A stretch of 64,000 bases of DNA from Terrimicrobiaceae bacterium (GTDB taxonomy: Bacteria > Verrucomicrobiota > Verrucomicrobiia > Chthoniobacterales > Terrimicrobiaceae): contig JBIIPZ010000002.1 of the NCBI GenBank assembly GCA_044342325.1, forward strand, positions 32,001-96,000. Reading direction: 5' to 3'. This document shows positions 47,216-57,408 of the stretch, one piece after another. Under the pieces are notes generated by a model, which was given only the letters and a program-made list of their open reading frames with translations, searched no databases and had not been told where the DNA came from. Made by a program: the position numbers and the translations under genes. Every line of letters starts with the position of its first letter. The first letter of the stretch is position 1.

Positions 47216-48283
47216 TCAATCCAACATCCGGAAGGTGTCCGATTTTTGGATGCTCCGGATGAATGCCGCTGCAAGCTTCGCCGCGTTTTTGGCATCCGCG
47301 AGCGAGATCATTTCCACCGGCGAGTGCATGTAGCGCAGCGGGACCGAGATGAGCCCACAGGCGACGCCATCGCGGCTTGTGTAGATCACATCGGCATCCG
47401 TGCTCGTGCTGCGGGAAACCGCTTCGTGCTGGAGCGGGATTTTATGCTTCTCGGCGACTTCGATGAGGCGCTGCATAACGAGCGGATGGTTCGCCGCTCC
47501 GTGGGAAATGGTCGGGCCTTTCCCCAGTTCCACAAGACCGTGTTCCTTCACATTGATGCCCGGTGTGTCGGTCGCATGGGTGACATCAAAGACAATCGCG
47601 ACGGATGGTCTGATGCGGTGCGCCGCCATCTGGGCGCCCCGGCAACCGATTTCCTCCTGCACGGCATTGACGGCATAGGTCGAAGCGTGAGGCCGTTTTT
47701 TGTCGGCATGGAGATCAGCCAGAATATTCGCCAGAATGAATCCGCCGATCCGGTTGTCCAACGCCCGCCCAACGATGAGTTCATCGGAAAACTCGATCGC
47801 ATCATCGACAAAGACCGCCGGCGTTCCGACGCGGATGCCGAGTTTTTCGACATCCTTCGCGGAAGATGCCCCGACATCGATGAAGAGTTCCTTCCACTCG
47901 GCGGGTTTGTCTTTCGAAGTATCCCGCAAGTGAATCGCTGTATTGCCGATCACGCCCTGCACAATTCCTTTGGAGCCAAAAAGTCTGATCCGCCGCGCCG
48001 AAGCCAGCGTGCGGTCGGAACCTCCGATTGGCCCGACAGCCAGAAAGCCCTTGTCATCAATATGCCTCACAATAAATCCAATCTCATCCGCGTGAGCCTC
48101 CAGCATGACCCTCGGAGCCTTGGTATCCGAACCCTCCAGCACAGCCCAAGCATTCCCGTGCGGATCCGAGTCAACCCGGTCCGCATGCGGAGTCACATTT
48201 TTGATCCAAAGCCGCTGACCGTCTTTCTCCCATCCTGAAGGACTGGGCGTGGCAAGAATTTCGAGGAGGTTTTTCGTTTTCAT
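47216..48283 (-). CDS. M42 family metallopeptidase
   Basis: SPSG.E, AHADEIG, ALDNRIG, QEEIG..GA, DVTHA, TDAD and PLRYMHSP.E. Confidence 0.94.
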   Translation of the reverse strand: MKTKNLLEILATPSPSGWEKDGQRLWIKNVTPHADRVDSDPHGNAWAVLEGSDTKAPRVMLEAHADEIGFIVRHIDDKGFLAVGPIGGSDRTLASARRIRLFGSKGIVQGVIGNTAIHLRDTSKDKPAEWKELFIDVGASSAKDVEKLGIRVGTPAVFVDDAIEFSDELIVGRALDNRIGGFILANILADLHADKKRPHASTYAVNAVQEEIGCRGAQMAAHRIRPSVAIVFDVTHATDTPGINVKEHGLVELGKGPTISHGAANHPLVMQRLIEVAEKHKIPLQHEAVSRSTSTDADVIYTSRDGVACGLISVPLRYMHSPVEMISLADAKNAAKLAAAFIRSIQKSDTFRMLD

Positions 48284-48380
48284 AAAAGTGGAGTTCTAAA
48301 TGCTCTAACAGAATTCGTGTAAGGCCCGCACCCTGTTTCTGTGATGGAAATCCGGCGCCTGCGTCTGTAGTTTGCCTGCA

Positions 48381-49358
48381 ATGAACCGTCGGGGGAGCTT
48401 TGCCAAGAAGGAACCAGTGGCCAATCGCGATGCGTGGGGGCGTTGGCTTTGGCCGGCGTTGATTGCGTCGATTTTGCTGCATCTGCTTTTTTGGAATTGG
48501 TCGCGGCATTTTCCGGTGGAGCGGATGAGTGAAGAGTTTTACGAGAAAATTGTCCCTCGCACATTTCAGGTGGAGCGGGTGGAAATCGATCCGCGCCTCT
48601 TGGAGCCTGAGCGGGAGGAGGAGGCCAAGGCCCGTGTGGCTCCGGTAGCCTTTCAGTTGCCTGCGGAGAGTTTTTCTTCGGAGAAGATTGTTTCCGAGGC
48701 CCCAGATGCAAAAAATCCTCCGCGATTGGACACGGCGATCCTAAATGAAAAGCCCGTTCTGGGTGATGCGGTGAATCAGGGCGTGCCGATTCCAAGCTCC
48801 TTACCGATGGCGGCGGACGCGCCGTTGGAGGACATGCTCAAGGAAATGCCCACATTGAAAAGCGACCCTCTGGCCTCACTGCCCCAGCCGGTGGCTGTCG
48901 CACAAGCGGGGAAAAGCTTGTCCGCCCAGCCGGCCGATGGACGGGGCTTCACAAACCTTGATGAGCTGCTTGCGCAGACCGGTCCGCTCTCGCCCGAGAC
49001 GGCGCCGATTCTGCTGCCGGGAGATTTGCTTTTTGAATATGACGCCTATCGCCTCCAGCCCGGGGCTATCTCCAGCATGCAAAAGCTTGGCCAACTCCTT
49101 CTGCGCACCCCTCGCTCGCGTTTTCTCATCGAAGGCCACAGTGATTCGTTCGGGCCGGATGACTACAATCTGCGCCTCAGCGAACTCCGTGCGCAGACCG
49201 TGAAGGAATGGCTGATCTCCTCGATGGGTATTCCTGCCGATTCCATAGAAACGCGTGGCTTCGGCGAGTCCCGGCTTGTGGCGCCCGCGACAGGAAGCAT
49301 CGAGGAGCAACAAATCAACCGCCGCGTCGAAATCGTCATCCGTCCGCCCGCGCCATGA
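48381..49358 (+). CDS. Membrane-anchored protein with Pro-rich linker and C-terminal OmpA-like peptidoglycan-binding domain
   Basis: TM 'ALIASILLHLLFW'; C-terminal 'LLFEYD', 'IEGHSD', 'N.RLSELRA..V' and 'NRRVEI'. Confidence 0.88.
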   Translation: MNRRGSFAKKEPVANRDAWGRWLWPALIASILLHLLFWNWSRHFPVERMSEEFYEKIVPRTFQVERVEIDPRLLEPEREEEAKARVAPVAFQLPAESFSSEKIVSEAPDAKNPPRLDTAILNEKPVLGDAVNQGVPIPSSLPMAADAPLEDMLKEMPTLKSDPLASLPQPVAVAQAGKSLSAQPADGRGFTNLDELLAQTGPLSPETAPILLPGDLLFEYDAYRLQPGAISSMQKLGQLLLRTPRSRFLIEGHSDSFGPDDYNLRLSELRAQTVKEWLISSMGIPADSIETRGFGESRLVAPATGSIEEQQINRRVEIVIRPPAP

Positions 49359-52096
49359 GTCAGCCTCCCGAACCGCACACGCTTGAAAAATCCGCCCTCG
49401 AACTCTCCAAGAGTGCCCGTGCCGGAAACAACGACCCGGTCATTCTTTTTAAAAACTTCCGCAAGGAGGAGGAGGAGCGCCTGCGTTCCTGGCACGATGC
49501 CGGTGGCGGTGGGCGCGAGATTGCCCGTCAGCGCTCGGACATGGTCGATATCCTGTTCCGCGAGCTTTTCGATGATGTCGTGCGCCGCGTGGCGAAAAAA
49601 TCCCTCGCCGGTCGCTTGACGGTCGCGGCTTTTGGAGGCTACGGCCGTCGCGAACTCACGCCGATGAGCGATGTGGATATTCTCTTCCTGCAGAATAAAA
49701 ACACCGCGGACAAAGAAGTGGAGGAAATCATCCGCCAGACGCTCGTGGCTCTCTGGGATATAGGCTTCAAGGTCGGACACGCAACGCGATCGATCAGCGA
49801 GGCCGTGGAGAAATGCAACGAGGATCCGATCACAAAAACCTCGATGCTTGAGTGCCGATTCCTGGCCGGCGAGCGCGAGATTTTCAACCGCTTCAAGGAC
49901 CGCTTCCACGACGAGTGCGTGCGCGGCCACGCCGACCAATACACCGCTTGGCGGTTGGCGAACCAAGCTGAGCTGCGCGTCAAATACGGCCGCACCGTCT
50001 TCATGCAGGAGCCGAACATCAAGAGCGGCACGGGCAGTCTGCGCGATTACCAGAGTCTGCTCTGGATTTCCCAATTCAAGCTGGGGATCAACACCACCGC
50101 GAAGCTGGTCGAGGCCAAGGTTCTTCGTGATGGCGACCGGCGACGCCTTGAGAAAAGTTATGACTTCATGCTGCGCACCCGCGCCGCCATGCAATACCTG
50201 AACGGCCGCTCGGCTGATGTCCTCACCCTCCAGCTCCAGGGGCGTGTGGCCAATGAATTCAGCTATCCCCAGAAAAACATCCTCCGCAAGGTCGAGGCCT
50301 TCATGCGCGACTACTATGGCCATGCGCGGACGATCTACCTGGTTACCGAGGCAGCGCTCCGGAAAATGGAGGTCATTCCCGATGCACGCCCAAAGGGGAT
50401 TCTCAGCCTCTTCGGTGTTCGACAGAAACCTGAGAAACTCGATCGTTTCATCATTCGAAATGGCAAGCTCGAACCCGAGTCGCGCGAGATTTTCAATGAC
50501 GACCCCTATCGGCTCATGCGGGCCTTCCACCACGCCCAGGTCCGCCAACTCGAATTCCACCCTGAGCTTGTGGATCTCATCCGCCGCCGTCTGCACCTGA
50601 TCGACCGCACTTTCCAATACGCCATTGCCGCGAGGGAGACCTTCTTCGCCATTCTGTCCCGCAAGGGGGAAGTCGGGCGGACTCTGCGACTCATGCATGA
50701 TCTGGGAGTCCTGGGTCGCTACATTCCCGAGTTCGGCGCGCTGGATTGTCTCGTTCAGCACGAGTTTTTCCACCGCTACACGGCAGATGAGCACACGCTC
50801 GTCTGCATCGAGAAGCTCGACGGCGTTCTCTTCGCAGCGGAAAAAAAACTCGCCGGCTACCGGCAGATTTTTCAGAAGCTCGAAGACCCCTCGATTCTTT
50901 ATCTCTCGATCTTGCTCCATGATGTCGGGAAGGCCGCCAACACGCGCCATCACGAAGAGACCGGAGCCGTCCTAGCCCACAAGGTCGCGCGTCGGCTTCA
51001 GCTTACCCCCGATCGTCGTCGTATGCTCCTGACGCTGGTGGATTCGCACTATGTCCTCTCCAAGATGGCTCAAAGCCGGAATCTCGAGGACTCTGCCACG
51101 ATCGAGGAGTTCGGGCGTATTATCCGCAACAGGAAAAACCTCGACGCCCTCATGCTGCTCACGCTCGCGGACGGCATGGGCACCAGTGACCAGAATTGGT
51201 CCGATTGGAAAGAGGGTCTCGTATGGACACTCTACCGCCGCGCGGGCCAATGGCTCGAAGGTGGTGTCGATGCCATGGAGCAGAGTCGCCGCGACCGCCA
51301 GGTGCAGAGAAGCATGGTGCTTGAGATTATCGGTGATGGATTTCGTGATGAGGCGGATGCCCACTTCCAGTTCATGCCGATGCGGTATTTTCAAATGTAT
51401 GAGCCGCTCGAGATTGCCGATCACATGCGGCTGTTCCGGCAATTCTTCGAGAACCGAAATGCCGATGACGACACGGCGCTTGTTCCCGTATTCAAATGGA
51501 TCCCTCGCCCGGAGAAAGGCTACACCGAGGTGTGGGTTTGCGGTTGGGACCGCCCGCGCCTCCTGGAGCGCATCGCCGGGGCATTTCTGTCGGTGCGATT
51601 GAACATTCTCAGCGCCGATATTTTTACCCGCACGGACAGCCTCGCCCTCGATATCTTCCGTGTGGCCGGGACGAATCTCATGCCGATCACCAGCCCGCGC
51701 GATATCGTTTCTGTGGAGAAGCACCTCGCCGAGGCGCTGCACCATGAGGACTATGATTTCCGTCCGTTGCTCAGCAAGGAGACGCGCCTTCTCACCTATC
51801 GCCTCTCGCAAGAGTTCGACCTGCCCACGCTCATCAAAATCGACAACGAGTCGCACCCGGTTTACACGCTCATCGATATCCAAACCCCCGACCGTCTCGG
51901 GCTTCTCTACGACCTCCTGCGGGCCATGGGTGACTGCGGGCTTCGTATCGAGATTTCCCGCATCACGACCGAGATGGATGTCGCGATGGACTCCTTTTAC
52001 GTCTATGGGCGTGATGGAGAAAAAATCACCTCCACACCGGCCATCAAGCATCTTCAAGAGGCCCTGCACCGAGCTGCCGTGAAGAATCCCGAATGA
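49355..52096 (+). CDS. glnD: [Protein-PII] uridylyltransferase
   Basis: GGYGR.EL.P.SDVD, EPNIK...G.LRD, HRYTADEH, LLHDVGK and two C-terminal ACT domains (DRPRLL, DRLGLL). Confidence 0.96.
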   Translation: MSQPPEPHTLEKSALELSKSARAGNNDPVILFKNFRKEEEERLRSWHDAGGGGREIARQRSDMVDILFRELFDDVVRRVAKKSLAGRLTVAAFGGYGRRELTPMSDVDILFLQNKNTADKEVEEIIRQTLVALWDIGFKVGHATRSISEAVEKCNEDPITKTSMLECRFLAGEREIFNRFKDRFHDECVRGHADQYTAWRLANQAELRVKYGRTVFMQEPNIKSGTGSLRDYQSLLWISQFKLGINTTAKLVEAKVLRDGDRRRLEKSYDFMLRTRAAMQYLNGRSADVLTLQLQGRVANEFSYPQKNILRKVEAFMRDYYGHARTIYLVTEAALRKMEVIPDARPKGILSLFGVRQKPEKLDRFIIRNGKLEPESREIFNDDPYRLMRAFHHAQVRQLEFHPELVDLIRRRLHLIDRTFQYAIAARETFFAILSRKGEVGRTLRLMHDLGVLGRYIPEFGALDCLVQHEFFHRYTADEHTLVCIEKLDGVLFAAEKKLAGYRQIFQKLEDPSILYLSILLHDVGKAANTRHHEETGAVLAHKVARRLQLTPDRRRMLLTLVDSHYVLSKMAQSRNLEDSATIEEFGRIIRNRKNLDALMLLTLADGMGTSDQNWSDWKEGLVWTLYRRAGQWLEGGVDAMEQSRRDRQVQRSMVLEIIGDGFRDEADAHFQFMPMRYFQMYEPLEIADHMRLFRQFFENRNADDDTALVPVFKWIPRPEKGYTEVWVCGWDRPRLLERIAGAFLSVRLNILSADIFTRTDSLALDIFRVAGTNLMPITSPRDIVSVEKHLAEALHHEDYDFRPLLSKETRLLTYRLSQEFDLPTLIKIDNESHPVYTLIDIQTPDRLGLLYDLLRAMGDCGLRIEISRITTEMDVAMDSFYVYGRDGEKITSTPAIKHLQEALHRAAVKNPE

Positions 52097-54612
52097 CTCC
52101 CCGGTTTGTGGCTCTTTTCTGGAGGCAGATTGTCCGTCCATGGGCAGCGCACCCCCTTCTGCCGCTGCTCAACATCCTCGGCATAGCCATCGGTGTTGCG
52201 GTTTTCCTTTCGATTCAGATGGCCAATCGAGGCGCTCTGGCGAGTTTTCAAAATGCCGTTGGCCTTGTTGCGGGTCGCGCGAATCTCGAAATCCGGGGCG
52301 ATTTGCCTGAGGAGATTTTTCCGCTCGTTGCCAAGACGCCCGGCGTCAGTTCGGCCACGCCGCTTGTTGAAGGCATAGCCACCCTGCCGGAGCGCCCTGG
52401 CGATTACTTGCGCATTCTTGGAGTGGACCCTTTCACCGGATCCAACCTGAGGGTTTTTGAACTCATCGATCCGGCTGGCGCTCCGCTTGATCTGGAAATG
52501 TGGCTGCGGGAGGCGGATGTCATTGCGCTGCCTCCCGGTCGTGAATTGCCTGAGGAATTCCGTGTTCTAGCCGCCGGTCGGTCCGTGACCTTGCGACATG
52601 GATTTGATCTCAAGACAGACGATGCCGCCGTGGCATCCGATCCCCGTATCGCTGCGATGGATATCGGCTGGGCGCAGCAGTTGCTCGATCTGGGTGGACG
52701 CCTCACATCCATTCAGATTCGCGTTGAGGATCCGCTCGCGCTAGATGCCGTCATGGAAGCTCTCCGAAAAATCGCTCCTCCGGATGCGCTCATCGGTCCT
52801 CCAGCCCGCCGGGGTGCGGAGACAGAGCTCATGCTGGCCGCCTTCCAACTCAACCTGACCGCCCTGAGCCTCGTTTCCATGGTTGTTGGAGTCTATCTCA
52901 TCTACAACAGCCTCTCGGCGGCCGTCGTCCGCAGGCGGCATGAAATCGGCATCCTTCGCGCAAATGGAGCCACCAAGCTCGAAGTGATGGCGCTTTTTCT
53001 TGGTGAGGGCCTTTGCTGCGGTTTTTTGGGAACGCTGCTCGGCCTTGCCCTGGCGGGCCCCTTGGCCGCGATCCTCGCCGCGCCTGTGAGCCAGACGGTT
53101 TCTTCCCTCTATGCGTTGGTCACGATTGAGCGCCCTGTTCTCACTCCCGGTCAAGTGCTGCTGGCCTTTGCCGTTGGCCTCGGATCCTCGCTCATCGCCG
53201 CTTGGCGTCCGGCATCGGAAGCGGCGGCCTGCGATCCTGCTCTCGTAATTCGTCCGGGCTCGCAGGGAGACTCGTTCTCGCATGAATCCCGCCACTGGGG
53301 AACTTGGGGCCTCGTCTGTCTGATCCTCTCGGCAGGACTCTCCTGGGGAGCGCTCCACGGCGGGGGAAAATTTCTCGGGTTTGCCTCTGTGGCCTTGCTC
53401 ATAGCTGGTTTTTCGCTGCTCGTGCCATCGGTGGTGAATCTCTTCGTTCGGCGCATTCACGGGCCGGGGTGGATGGTCCGCCTCGCGGCACAGCACCTCG
53501 GGCGCTCCCTGCATCGCAATGCCGTTACCATCGCTGCCCTTGCTGTGGCTGTCGCTATGACGGTGAGCGTTTCCGTGATGATCCACTCGTTCCGCGCCAG
53601 CGTGACCTCTTGGCTTGGCAATACGCTCGTCGCCGATCTTTTTATCGCCCCCGCCGCCAATGAAATTGCAGGGCTCCAGAGTTTCCTGCCATCCGCCGCT
53701 GTGGAGTGGGTGCAAAGCGATTCCCGGGTTAAGGAACTCGCCACCTTCCGAGAAATGCCGGTGCCCTGGGGCGAAAAGAGCGCTAACCTCGCGATTATCG
53801 AGGGCAGTGCACGCGGCGAATTGGATTTCGTCGCCGGCCCGCCCGATGCCCGCGCCCTATTCTATCAACCGGGCATGGTCGCCGTCTCGGAGAGTTTTGC
53901 GAACCGCCATGGCACAAAGCCCGGTGATGTTTTGGAGTTTTCCTCACCCAAGGGTCCGGCTGCATTCCGTGTTGTGGGAGTGATCAAAGATTTCACGCGG
54001 GACAGCGGTCTGGTGATGATCGATCGCCCCAACTTCCGCCAATTCTGGAGCGATGAGCGCCTCCACTCGCTTTCGATCAGCTTGCGTGATCCCGCCAACG
54101 CAGCCGCTTTCGCAGAGGATTTTCGAGCCACTTTTGGGCGCGCTGGCGAGTTTTCGATTTATACAAATTCCGACCTGCGCCGACGCGTCATGGAAATTTT
54201 CGACCAGACCTTCGCCGTCACTTCCGTCCTGCGGGCCATCGCTGTGGTCGTGGCGATCGCAGGCGTCCTGCTCTCGCTCACCACACTCGTTGTCGAGCGC
54301 GAGCGCGAAATCGGTATTCTCCGTTCTCAAGGTGCCTCTTGCGGCCAAGTGCGAGGACTCATCCTCTCCGAAGCCGCCATGATCGGTCTGCTCGCTGCCA
54401 TCGTCGGCCTCCTGTGCGGCGCTTCCATGGCCATGGTGCTCACTTGGGTCATCAACAAAGCTTTCTTCGGCTGGACCATCGAACTCCGCTACCCGCTTGG
54501 CGTCCTCCTTTCAACCCCGCTTTGGATTATCCCAGCCGCCGTCTTCGCCGCTTGGCTCCCCGCTCGCCGAGCCTCGCTCATCTCGCCTGCCAGAGCGCTT
54601 CGGTTCGAGTAA
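52093..54612 (+). CDS. MacB/FtsX-like ABC permease with duplicated architecture
   Basis: Two MacB_PCD+FtsX repeats: 'RRHEIGILRANGA' and 'EREREIGILRSQGA'. Confidence 0.9.
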   Translation: MTPRFVALFWRQIVRPWAAHPLLPLLNILGIAIGVAVFLSIQMANRGALASFQNAVGLVAGRANLEIRGDLPEEIFPLVAKTPGVSSATPLVEGIATLPERPGDYLRILGVDPFTGSNLRVFELIDPAGAPLDLEMWLREADVIALPPGRELPEEFRVLAAGRSVTLRHGFDLKTDDAAVASDPRIAAMDIGWAQQLLDLGGRLTSIQIRVEDPLALDAVMEALRKIAPPDALIGPPARRGAETELMLAAFQLNLTALSLVSMVVGVYLIYNSLSAAVVRRRHEIGILRANGATKLEVMALFLGEGLCCGFLGTLLGLALAGPLAAILAAPVSQTVSSLYALVTIERPVLTPGQVLLAFAVGLGSSLIAAWRPASEAAACDPALVIRPGSQGDSFSHESRHWGTWGLVCLILSAGLSWGALHGGGKFLGFASVALLIAGFSLLVPSVVNLFVRRIHGPGWMVRLAAQHLGRSLHRNAVTIAALAVAVAMTVSVSVMIHSFRASVTSWLGNTLVADLFIAPAANEIAGLQSFLPSAAVEWVQSDSRVKELATFREMPVPWGEKSANLAIIEGSARGELDFVAGPPDARALFYQPGMVAVSESFANRHGTKPGDVLEFSSPKGPAAFRVVGVIKDFTRDSGLVMIDRPNFRQFWSDERLHSLSISLRDPANAAAFAEDFRATFGRAGEFSIYTNSDLRRRVMEIFDQTFAVTSVLRAIAVVVAIAGVLLSLTTLVVEREREIGILRSQGASCGQVRGLILSEAAMIGLLAAIVGLLCGASMAMVLTWVINKAFFGWTIELRYPLGVLLSTPLWIIPAAVFAAWLPARRASLISPARALRFE

Positions 54613-54673
54613 GGCAATCCCGCCCCGGTTTTCGCTCCCCTCGAGTTGAGCTTTCTTGGTAATTGTCCAATGA

Positions 54674-55501
54674 ATGAAACATCTCTTTGTCTTTTTGACT
54701 GCTTTCTTTGGCTTCTCAGTCTTCGTCTCTGCGGCTGAGACTGCAAATGCGGCCACCGTCGTGGATTGGTCGGCTGGCTGGATTCAAAATCCCAGCGCTT
54801 GGGCGACTCTTGCTCTCTTAGTCGGGCTCGAGCTGGTGCTTGGCATCGACAACATTCTGGTCATCACTCTTGTCGTGGGACGCATCGATCCATCGCTCAG
54901 GGATAAGGCACGGATGATCGGGCTGTTTCTGGCACTGGCCATGCGTCTCGCTGCCCTTTGTGGAGCGAGCCTGCTCATCAGCATGAGCAATCCGGTGACC
55001 TCGCTTTTCGGTTTCAACCTCTCGGTGAAAGATCTCATTCTGCTGAGTGGCGGGCTGTTTCTTACATGGAAGGCTGTGAAGGAAATCCACCACTGCGTGG
55101 AAAATCCCACACCGCAAGGTGGAGCGAGTCTTGGCGGCGCTGTGACGGCAACCTTTGCTTCCGCGATTCTTCAGATCGTGCTTCTGGATGCGGTCTTCTC
55201 GATTGATTCGGTCATCACGGCTGTGGGGCTCACATCCAGCATGCAGGTGATCATCATAGCAGTGTTGGGTTCATTTGGAGTCGTGCTGGCTTTTGCCAAA
55301 CCCATCGGAGAGTTCGTCGTCCGCCATGCCGCTCTAAAAATATTGGCACTCTCTTTTCTGATCTGCATCGGAATGACCCTGATTCTTGAAGGTCTGCACA
55401 AGCATGTGGAAAAGGAATTCCTCTACCTGCCCATGGGATTCGCCCTGTTGGTGGAAATGCTGCAAATGCGCGCGAGCCGGAATGCGACCCGACAGCAGTA
55501 A
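54674..55501 (+). CDS. TerC family membrane protein
   Basis: LELVLGIDN, D.VFSIDSVITAVG and KILALSFL..IG. Confidence 0.93.
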   Translation: MKHLFVFLTAFFGFSVFVSAAETANAATVVDWSAGWIQNPSAWATLALLVGLELVLGIDNILVITLVVGRIDPSLRDKARMIGLFLALAMRLAALCGASLLISMSNPVTSLFGFNLSVKDLILLSGGLFLTWKAVKEIHHCVENPTPQGGASLGGAVTATFASAILQIVLLDAVFSIDSVITAVGLTSSMQVIIIAVLGSFGVVLAFAKPIGEFVVRHAALKILALSFLICIGMTLILEGLHKHVEKEFLYLPMGFALLVEMLQMRASRNATRQQ

Positions 55502-55552
55502 TGCCGGGCGATTTCATTTGCCTTGCCCCAGACCGCCGAGCATAACGGCGCG

Positions 55553-56200
55553 ATGAGCGAGTTTATTGATTTTTTCCTGAACGCCGAAAAGCACCTTGAG
55601 TGGTTTATCAAAAACTACGATCTGTGGATTTACGCCCTGCTTTTCGCCATTATTTTCTGTGAGACTGGCCTCATCGTGACGCCGTTTTTGCCCGGCGATT
55701 CCCTGCTTTTTGCTGTGGGAGCCCTTGCTGGCAAAGGTCTCATCGATTGGAAAATCATCACCCCCCTGCTGCTGGTGGCGGCCATCGTTGGCGATGGCGT
55801 GAACTACGCGATCGGAAAATGGCTGGGACCAAAGGTTTTTCACTACGAGTCGAACCGCTTCCTCAACAAGGCGCACCTCATGAAAGCCCACGCCTTCTAT
55901 GAAAAATACGGTGGACGCGCCATAATTCTGGCCCGTTTCGTTCCCATCGTTCGCACCTTCGCGCCCTTTGTGGCTGGCGTTGGCTCGATGACCTACTCGA
56001 AGTTTGCCTTTTACAATGTGACCGGTGCGATCCTCTGGATCGGGATCTTCCTCGGCGGCGGCTACTACTTTGGTGGTCTCGAAATCGTGCAGAAAAACAT
56101 GAAGCTCGTGATCCTCGGAATCATCGTCGTTTCAGTCCTGCCGATCGCATGGGAATTCTTCAAAGCCTGGCTCGAAAAACGCCGCGAAAACGCAGCGTAG
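55553..56200 (+). CDS. dedA: DedA family membrane protein
   Basis: IFCETGL...PFLPGDSLLF and ARFVPIVRTFAPFVAG. Confidence 0.93.
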   Translation: MSEFIDFFLNAEKHLEWFIKNYDLWIYALLFAIIFCETGLIVTPFLPGDSLLFAVGALAGKGLIDWKIITPLLLVAAIVGDGVNYAIGKWLGPKVFHYESNRFLNKAHLMKAHAFYEKYGGRAIILARFVPIVRTFAPFVAGVGSMTYSKFAFYNVTGAILWIGIFLGGGYYFGGLEIVQKNMKLVILGIIVVSVLPIAWEFFKAWLEKRRENAA

Positions 56201-56262
56201 GTTTGAATTACCGCTCCTCGCGAGTCGGATTCACCGGCCTGCCGCCCTGCTTCGAATCCAAC

Positions 56263-56865
56263 TCAAGCGGCTGTCCATAATCCGTCGCGATCAAGACGGA
56301 CGGCGATGACTTGTGAGTTCACGCCAAAGCGAGGTGCAATTTTTTCTGCGAATTTGTCGCGCAGCGGGCCGCTTGTCATGAAATTTGGAACCAATCGTTC
56401 GGCTTCCGGTGCAAACTCGTCAAATAATGCTGCGAGCCGTGTTTCCGGAACAAGCAGACGCCCGGCAAATTCGTTTGCCTCCTGCTCGACAGTGTATTTC
56501 CGGCCGTGATTGTTTGCCGTCCAACGCGCAAAATCGTGTAGGGATTTGAAATCGGATTCCTGAGGAAGATCCCGATGAAGAAAGTAGTGGGCGAGCTCAT
56601 GTGCCACCGTGAAGCGCAATCGGTTGAGTTTCCATTCCGGACCTCTTTCCATCAACGCGTATTGCTCGGCATCCAGATAGATGCCGCTGAAATCCACCTT
56701 GATGGCCGCATCCACACGATACTTCGCAGCCAAGTCATCAAATGGGATGGCGTCCAGACCGATATCGATTTCAAAAAAAGTAAAAACATCAATCGGGGTG
56801 CGATCTTCTTTCAAGATTTCGAAATGGCCCCGTAGTTCTTCGATTTTGTCCCAAACATTTTCCAT
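56263..56865 (-). CDS. ImmA/IrrE family metallo-endopeptidase
   Basis: 'PIDV', 'R.RFTVAHELAH' (HExxH), 'E.EAN.FAGRLLVP' and 'A..FGV....I..RL'. Confidence 0.9.
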   Translation of the reverse strand: MENVWDKIEELRGHFEILKEDRTPIDVFTFFEIDIGLDAIPFDDLAAKYRVDAAIKVDFSGIYLDAEQYALMERGPEWKLNRLRFTVAHELAHYFLHRDLPQESDFKSLHDFARWTANNHGRKYTVEQEANEFAGRLLVPETRLAALFDEFAPEAERLVPNFMTSGPLRDKFAEKIAPRFGVNSQVIAVRLDRDGLWTAA

Positions 56866-56877
56866 TAGTGAGATGGC

Positions 56878-57249
56878 TTAGACCCTGTCGGCGGTGTGCA
56901 GTTTTTTGATATCCTCAGCGAGGCTCTCCAGTTCCTTGTCGCTGAGTTCGTGCCCTCGGGCTGCACGGAAGAAGGCGGGAAGAGCGCGTTGAAGGATTTG
57001 GTGGTCTGCCACATCGGCAGGAATTTCGCGCCTTTGAAGAGCTGCTTCGTCCATGAAGGCCAGTTTGTTCGCTCCAGCGAGTCCAAAGAAATCCGCTAAC
57101 CGCTCCAGAAGACTGATATCGCCAGGAGGCGGATTCACCCCTCGCTCAACTTTGCTCCAATTGCTCGGATCGAGGCCGTTTTGAGCGCAGAAATCACGCA
57201 AAGTTAATTTCTTCTGAATTCGAAGGGATTTGATGGTTTCGTTAAACAT
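56878..57249 (-). CDS. XRE-family HTH transcriptional regulator
   Basis: IKSLRIQKKLTLRDFC...G.DPSNWSKVERG...PP. Confidence 0.9.
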   Translation of the reverse strand: MFNETIKSLRIQKKLTLRDFCAQNGLDPSNWSKVERGVNPPPGDISLLERLADFFGLAGANKLAFMDEAALQRREIPADVADHQILQRALPAFFRAARGHELSDKELESLAEDIKKLHTADRV

Positions 57250-57267
57250 GGAAATTCATTCGTTGGC

Positions 57268-57294
57268 GTGGTAGAAAAATACCACACTCGTCAA
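57268..57294 (-). promoter_or_regulatory. Putative XRE operator overlapping the promoter
   Basis: Perfect inverted repeat GTGGTA-N6-TACCAC (57268-57285), 18 bp upstream of the ATG; minus-strand TTGACG at 57294-57289. Confidence 0.6.
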
Positions 57295-57408
57295 GTCTCT
57301 GCTTTTGCAAAAATTCAGGATCCCACTTCGTCCCAGATGCATGAGTCGAGCGTTGAAATTTGATCATTAAATGGACTGGCCAAAATGATCATCTCCAGCG
57401 GAGCCGTT

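Noticed and set aside
49163..52141. 596-aa and 389-aa minus-strand ORFs
   Set aside because: Antisense shadows of glnD.
52093..54612. ABC permease lacking its ATPase as a novel system
   Set aside because: Partner genes are often unlinked in shuffled genomes, and nothing else here is unusual.
56201..56262. tRNA remnant or att site (GCTTCGAATCC resembles a T-loop) beside the XRE/IrrE pair
   Set aside because: No cloverleaf, no T-stem pairing, no matching direct repeat found on the other side and no integrase.
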